Assembly (NCBI RefSeq): GCF_009914755.1
Contig: NC_060927.1
Length of the DNA: 64,000 nucleotides
Source of the DNA: the human T2T-CHM13v2.0 reference genome, Homo sapiens
Direction: 5' to 3' (one strand)
In this document: positions 56,940 to 64,000 of the stretch, piece after piece
Layout of the letters: every line of letters begins with the position of its first letter
Numbering within the stretch: position 1 is the first letter of the stretch
Position numbers and translations under genes: made by a program
The notes under the pieces: generated by a model
Seen by the model: the letters and a program-made list of their open reading frames with translations, nothing else
Database searches by the model: none
Told to the model about the DNA's origin: nothing

Positions 56940-57850
56940 AACTATGTGCCAAGCCATTTGCTAGGCACTTTACAAATATTCTTAAAATATTTACTATGCA
57001 CATATTATATGCCTGGCATTGTTCACAGCATTGGGAATACATCAGTGAGCAAAAGAGAGAACGATGCCTACCCCAGTGGAGTTTATATTTTAGTGGAGGG
57101 ACAGACCAAAAAAAAAAAAAAACTTAATGAACGAATAAAGTATACGACATGTTAGAAGAAGGAATCATGAATGCTGAGGTGGGAGGATGGAGTTCACAGA
57201 TTAAATAGGATGAGTAGGGTTCACTGAGAAGCCACTTGAATAAACACTTGAAGGAAGTAAGGGAATCAGCCAAGGGGCTATCTGGAGGTAGAGTGTTTCA
57301 GGTAGAGAAAACAGCCAATACACAGATCCTGAAGCAGGAACGTGCATAGTAAGTTCAAGGAATAGCAAGGAGGCCAGTGTGGCAGGAGCAGAGTGAACAA
57401 GGAGGAAACTAGCAGGAGATGAGGCCAGAGAGGTAACAGAAAAAAAGCCTATTGTATAGACTTTGGTTTTTACTCTGAGACAGAGACCTCCTATAGAGTT
57501 GAGTGAGAGTGAGAGTGGACTATAGGAGGTCAAGGGCATAATCAAGGAGGCCAAATTTTAATAATCCAGGTGAGAGAAATGATGAAGATGATGGCTCAAA
57601 CCAGAAAGGCAGTGGTGAGAATAGGCTGAATTCTGGATACATTCTGCAGTGGAGACAAAAGATTTCCTGACAGATTTGGTATGGAGGATGAGAAAAACAG
57701 AGGTCTCAACAACTCTTGTCCATGGATTTTGGCTAGGCAACTAGGGTTGCCATTAACTAAGATAGGAAAGAGCAGCTTTAGGGGAGAAGACCAGGAGTTC
57801 AAACAGGCAGCTGAATGTGAATGTGGAACTCAGGAAAGAGGTCTGAGCTG
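56940..57850. mobile_element. L2 LINE fragment
   Basis: gttcaaggaatagcaaggaggccagtgtggc; ataatccaggtgagag motifs. Confidence 0.75.
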
Positions 57851-58712
57851 AATAGAGTCATAGGATTTATTATACTTACAACAACTTTTAAGGTAAGCAG
57901 TGATATCCCTATTTTCTTAATGAAGACATTGAAGCTTAGAGGTGATCACCTGATTAGCTAATAACTGCCAGGAACCGGGATTTGAACTCATTTCCCAAAA
58001 TTCACAATTTGAGTTCCCTACCCTGTACCATGCTGTGTCTAAAAAACCAAAAAAAAAACTGAGTCTCAATGAAGCAGTGATTCCTACTAATCTGTTATTG
58101 CTACCACATGCAGCTTTGAAGGGTAGGGAACCTCAAATATCAGTGATAAGCTGGTTTTGGCAGCCAGTATACTAGGCTCACCACAATCTTGCTCTGCCAG
58201 ATAGGCACAGTGAGAAAAACAACAGCAGGAAAGATGGCAGGAAGGCAGAGGAAGGAGCCCTTTGGAGATGTGCTGAAGCACTACAATGTTCTGTAACTTT
58301 GCAAACACTGAGAAACAATGAATTCCACAGGAACTGGTGGGATGGCTCATTTTGTGAAAAGTCTAAGCTGTCAGAGAAAAGTCTAAGAAGCAGGAAAGTA
58401 AAAAACTATTCTGTGTATAATGGCAGAAGCAATAAACAATATTCAAATATGTCAATAATATTAAATATGTAAGAATGTTGTAGGTTATAACATTCTTACT
58501 TAAGTGTAATGATGTGTTTTTAAAAATACTTGAGAGTCAGTTACTTGCATACAAGAGAAATAAAACATTTGCCACATTATTAAAAAAACAAAACAAAACA
58601 AAACACATTCTTAACTGTAGCCGCATAAACTGACAATGCAAATTACTATCACTACACCTAACAGGCAAAAAAAACTCTAAACTCCTTATGTGTTCTTACA
58701 AGACTCAATGTG

Positions 58713-59077
<365 letters not shown>

Positions 59078-59212
59078 CTAGTCCTCAACTATACAAAGCT
59101 TGTTCCCATCTAAATGTCTTTGGATTTGCTAATTATTTCAAGGAATTCTCCTCTAGATTTTATGTGGCTTTATTTAGGTTTCAATGCAAATGCTACCTTT
59201 GGAGTGAGGCCT

Positions 59213-59484
59213 TCTTGGACCACACAATCTAAAATAGACTCACTTTCCTCCAAAGCACATTCTATCCTAAAACTCTGTAGTACTCATCTCTATATGAAAA
59301 ATCTAAAAGGAAATTTGAAGGCAGTGATTTTGTCGTATAAATCTAATGCATCTTAGACCACACAATCTAAGATTCACTTTCCTCTAAAGCACATTCTATC
59401 CTAAAACTCTATAATACTCATCTCTATATGAAAATCTAAAAGGAATTTGAAGGCAGTGATTTTGTTGTATAAATCTAATGCCTC
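59213..59484. repeat. ~135-bp direct tandem duplication (period 138)
   Basis: gaccacacaatctaa…gtataaatctaatgc occurs twice with small indels. Confidence 0.92.
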
Positions 59485-59642
59485 AAACAGTGCCTGGTAT
59501 GTGGTAGATACTCAGTAAATACTTGTAGAGTGACTGATCCCTAGAAAAGTATATTCAAAAATGACAGAAAGCAAAATGTAATTTAAAAAATTATTAATGA
59601 ACAATAAAATAGTCTGGAAAGTAAGGATATTAAAATACTTAC

Positions 59643-59796
59643 TGAATCGCCATCATCTTTTTTAGAATCCCTTTTCAATGGCTCATTCATATCTTCTTGG
59701 CTACGGAAGCTGAAATTCTGGATTGCTTCAGTGACACCTCTAAGAGAGCTATAAATATCTTCAGAGTTCATATTTTCTGTGTCATAATCAAATGCA
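59643..59796 (-). CDS. CLASP2: CLASP2 internal coding exon (…AFDYDTENMNSEDIYSSLRGVTEAIQNFSFRSQEDMNEPLKRDSKKDDGDS)
   Basis: Acceptor tttttcatag|T, donor TCA|gtaagt; 154 nt, ends phase 0; peptide recognised as CLASP2; upstream exons lie beyond the window. Confidence 0.95.
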
Positions 59797-60061
59797 CTAT
59801 GAAAAAGACGACACTAATTTTTACTTAGGTGTAGTTTTAAAATACAAACACATCTGAGGAGATTATATAAGGATATTTATAAAGACAGGATTAGAGAATG
59901 TATATTCTCAGAGCATAATTAGCAAAATAAAAAATAGCAGCTATATATCATTAAAGTACATGTCTCTTTGTCCTTCCACCAAGGACACCTTACAGTTACT
60001 CTAGAATGCACAGACCTTAATAACTAGTTTGTCTTTCCACCTTGAAAAATGTTCTGATTAA

Positions 60062-60676
<615 letters not shown>

Positions 60677-60771
60677 TGATCAACTCCCAGTAATGGTACT
60701 GCTTGACAAAGAGATAAATGTATTTTAACACAAATTTGTAAGAAGATAGAGGATTTTTAATACTGAATATA

Positions 60772-61910
<1,139 letters not shown>

Positions 61911-61911
61911 A

Positions 61912-62788
61912 TGAATTATTGTGGAAGATAGTGTGGTAATTCCTCAAAGACCTAGAGACAGAAATATCATTTGAGCCAGCAATCCCACTACTGGGTATAT
62001 ACCCAAAGGAATACAAATCTTTCTGTTATAAAGACACATGCACATGTATGTGCACTGTAGCACTATTCACAATAGCAAAGACATGGAATCAACCTAAATG
62101 CCCATCAGTGATAGACTGGATAAAGAAAATGTGGTATCTATACACCACGGAATACACCACAGCCAGCCCCAACTCCTTCTTAAAAAAACTTTTAAGTTCA
62201 GGGGTATGTGTTCAGGATGCGCAGACTTGTTACATAGGCAAACGTGTGTCATGGGGGTTTGGTTGTATAGATTATTTTATCACCCAGGTATTAAGCCTAG
62301 TGTCCATTAATTATTTTTCCTGATCCTCTCCCTCCTCCTACCCTCTGCCCTCTGGTAGGCCCCAGTGTGTTTTGTTCCCCTCTATGTGTTCATGTGTTTT
62401 CATCATTTAGCTCCTACTTGTAAGTGAGAACATGCAGTATTTTTTTGTTGTTGTTCTTGTGTTAGTCTGCTAAGGATAACAGTCTCCAGCTCCATCTATG
62501 TCTCTGCAAAGGACATGATCTTATTCTGTTTTTATGGCCACATAGTATTCCATGGTGTATAGATACCACATTTTCTTTATCCAGTCTATCACTGATAGGC
62601 ATTTAGGTTGATTCCATGTCTTTGCTATTGTGAACAGTGCTGCAGTGCACATACATGTGCATGTATCTTTATAACAGAATGATTTATATTCCTTTGGGTA
62701 TATACCCAGTAGTGGGATTGCTGGCTCAAATTATATTTCTGTCTCTAGGTCTTTGAGGAATTGCCACACTATCTTCCACAATAGTTCA
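61912..62788. repeat. ~250-bp inverted duplication of L1 3' sequence (61912-62165 vs 62535-62788)
   Basis: Near-identical reverse complements, roughly 95% by eye. Confidence 0.9.
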
Positions 62789-62952
62789 ACTAATTTACAC
62801 TCCCACCAATAGTGTAAAAGTGTTCCTTTTTCTCCACAACCTTGCCAGCATCTGTTATTTTTTGACATTTTAATAATAACCATTCTGACTGGTGTGAGAT
62901 GGTATCTCACTGTGGGCTTGATTTGCATTTCTCTGATGATCAGTGATGCTGA
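62185..62952 (-). mobile_element. 5'-truncated L1P 3' end
   Basis: ttttaagttcaggggtatgtg… L1 3' terminus; ORF 62731 [20 protein letters not shown]. Confidence 0.88.
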
Positions 62953-63149
62953 ACTTCTATGCAAATAATTTTCCAAAAGGCTAGGAAAAGGAAATAAAAT
63001 TTTAGTCTACTAAGCAGTCAAGAATGTCATTTGAAATCTAGCTCATGCTTGAATCATACAAGTGTGTGAAAATTGTACACATCTTTTATTTTGCATTAAG
63101 GACCAATCTCTCAGTCAGTCATATTTTTTCCTCAGAGGTATATATTCAC

Positions 63150-63610
63150 TATTTACTTATTATATATGTTTATATATATAATTCATATATCATTATATAT
63201 ATAATGAATTACATATATATGTAATGAATTATAATAACTATGATTCATTACATATATAATGAAAAAAATTAAGCTTACAGACAAAACATAAAAATAACAA
63301 ATAGGGAAGGGTTAAATATATAATAAATATAAAAACAGGGTTAATTATATAAAAATGTAATAAATATATATGAATATAAATCATTCTGTTATAATCATTC
63401 TGAATATGAAATACATCATTCTGAATATGAAAACCATAGTATGACCTAATGTCATATTTATGATATATGACATGTTATATATGTAATTCATTATATATGA
63501 CATATATGTAATTCATTATATATGATACATATATAATGTCATATATTCATTATATATTTAACACTCCCCTATTTGTTATTTATATGTTTTGTTTGCAAGC
63601 TTAATTTTTT
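63150..63610. repeat. AT-rich low-complexity region with a ~70-bp inverted repeat (63263-63330 vs 63543-63610)
   Basis: aaattaagcttacagacaaaacataaaaataacaaatagggaagggttaaatatataat is mirrored; several short tandem and palindromic units in between. Confidence 0.8.
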
Positions 63611-64000
63611 AAACTCATCATTATAACTGACCTCATCACCACTTATACTGAGTAGTATAATGTAATTGAAAGACATAGTTTGCAATTTACTGGATTTATA
63701 CAGCATCTCTGAGAAATATAACTATGCCATTTAATGTAATAAGCAGTAATTTATTTAAAAAGGCTGTCAGGTTTTCTTTCCACTTATTAAAAAATTCCAT
63801 ATCCTATATATTATCATTTAAGTAGTTGGCTTTCAAATAAAATTTTTTTCATTTGCTAAGTTTCTACTTTTCTAAGACCTTTCAAGTCAAGTGGGAACTG
63901 ACTTGAATTATATTAGTGCTTGCTTTTTTAAGAATGGAATTTACAGCCAAGGGTGGTACCTCACGCCTGTAATCCCAGCATTTTGGGAGGCCGAGGCGGG

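Overview
Primate (very likely human) genomic DNA, repeat-dense, containing the 3' end of CLASP2 on the minus strand. Seven coding exons (59643-59796, 56085-56313, 37835-38028, 36873-37001, 32299-32505, 23387-23503, 20364-20450) have GT-AG boundaries and compatible phases. They splice into the C-terminal TOG-like/CLIP-interacting region ending ...ADPTTDVSGQS*, followed by an inferred ~2.4-kb 3'UTR ending near 17980. Bases 1-17900 lie downstream of the gene and contain Alus, L1s, LTRs, DNA-transposon fossils and a 5S rRNA pseudogene. Almost all ORFs in the supplied track are Alu/L1 artefacts. I found no new protein-coding system. The most unusual structure is a ~1.07-kb intronic mosaic (27144-28204) assembled from pieces copied, in both orientations, from four nearby sites. 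It includes a copy of a real CLASP2 splice acceptor that now reads AG|GTG|GTGAGT. The window also holds several other locally templated duplications and a tandem duplication of a perfect TACTAAC branch point. Repeat family names, repeat boundaries and similarity estimates are by eye, not from a database run.
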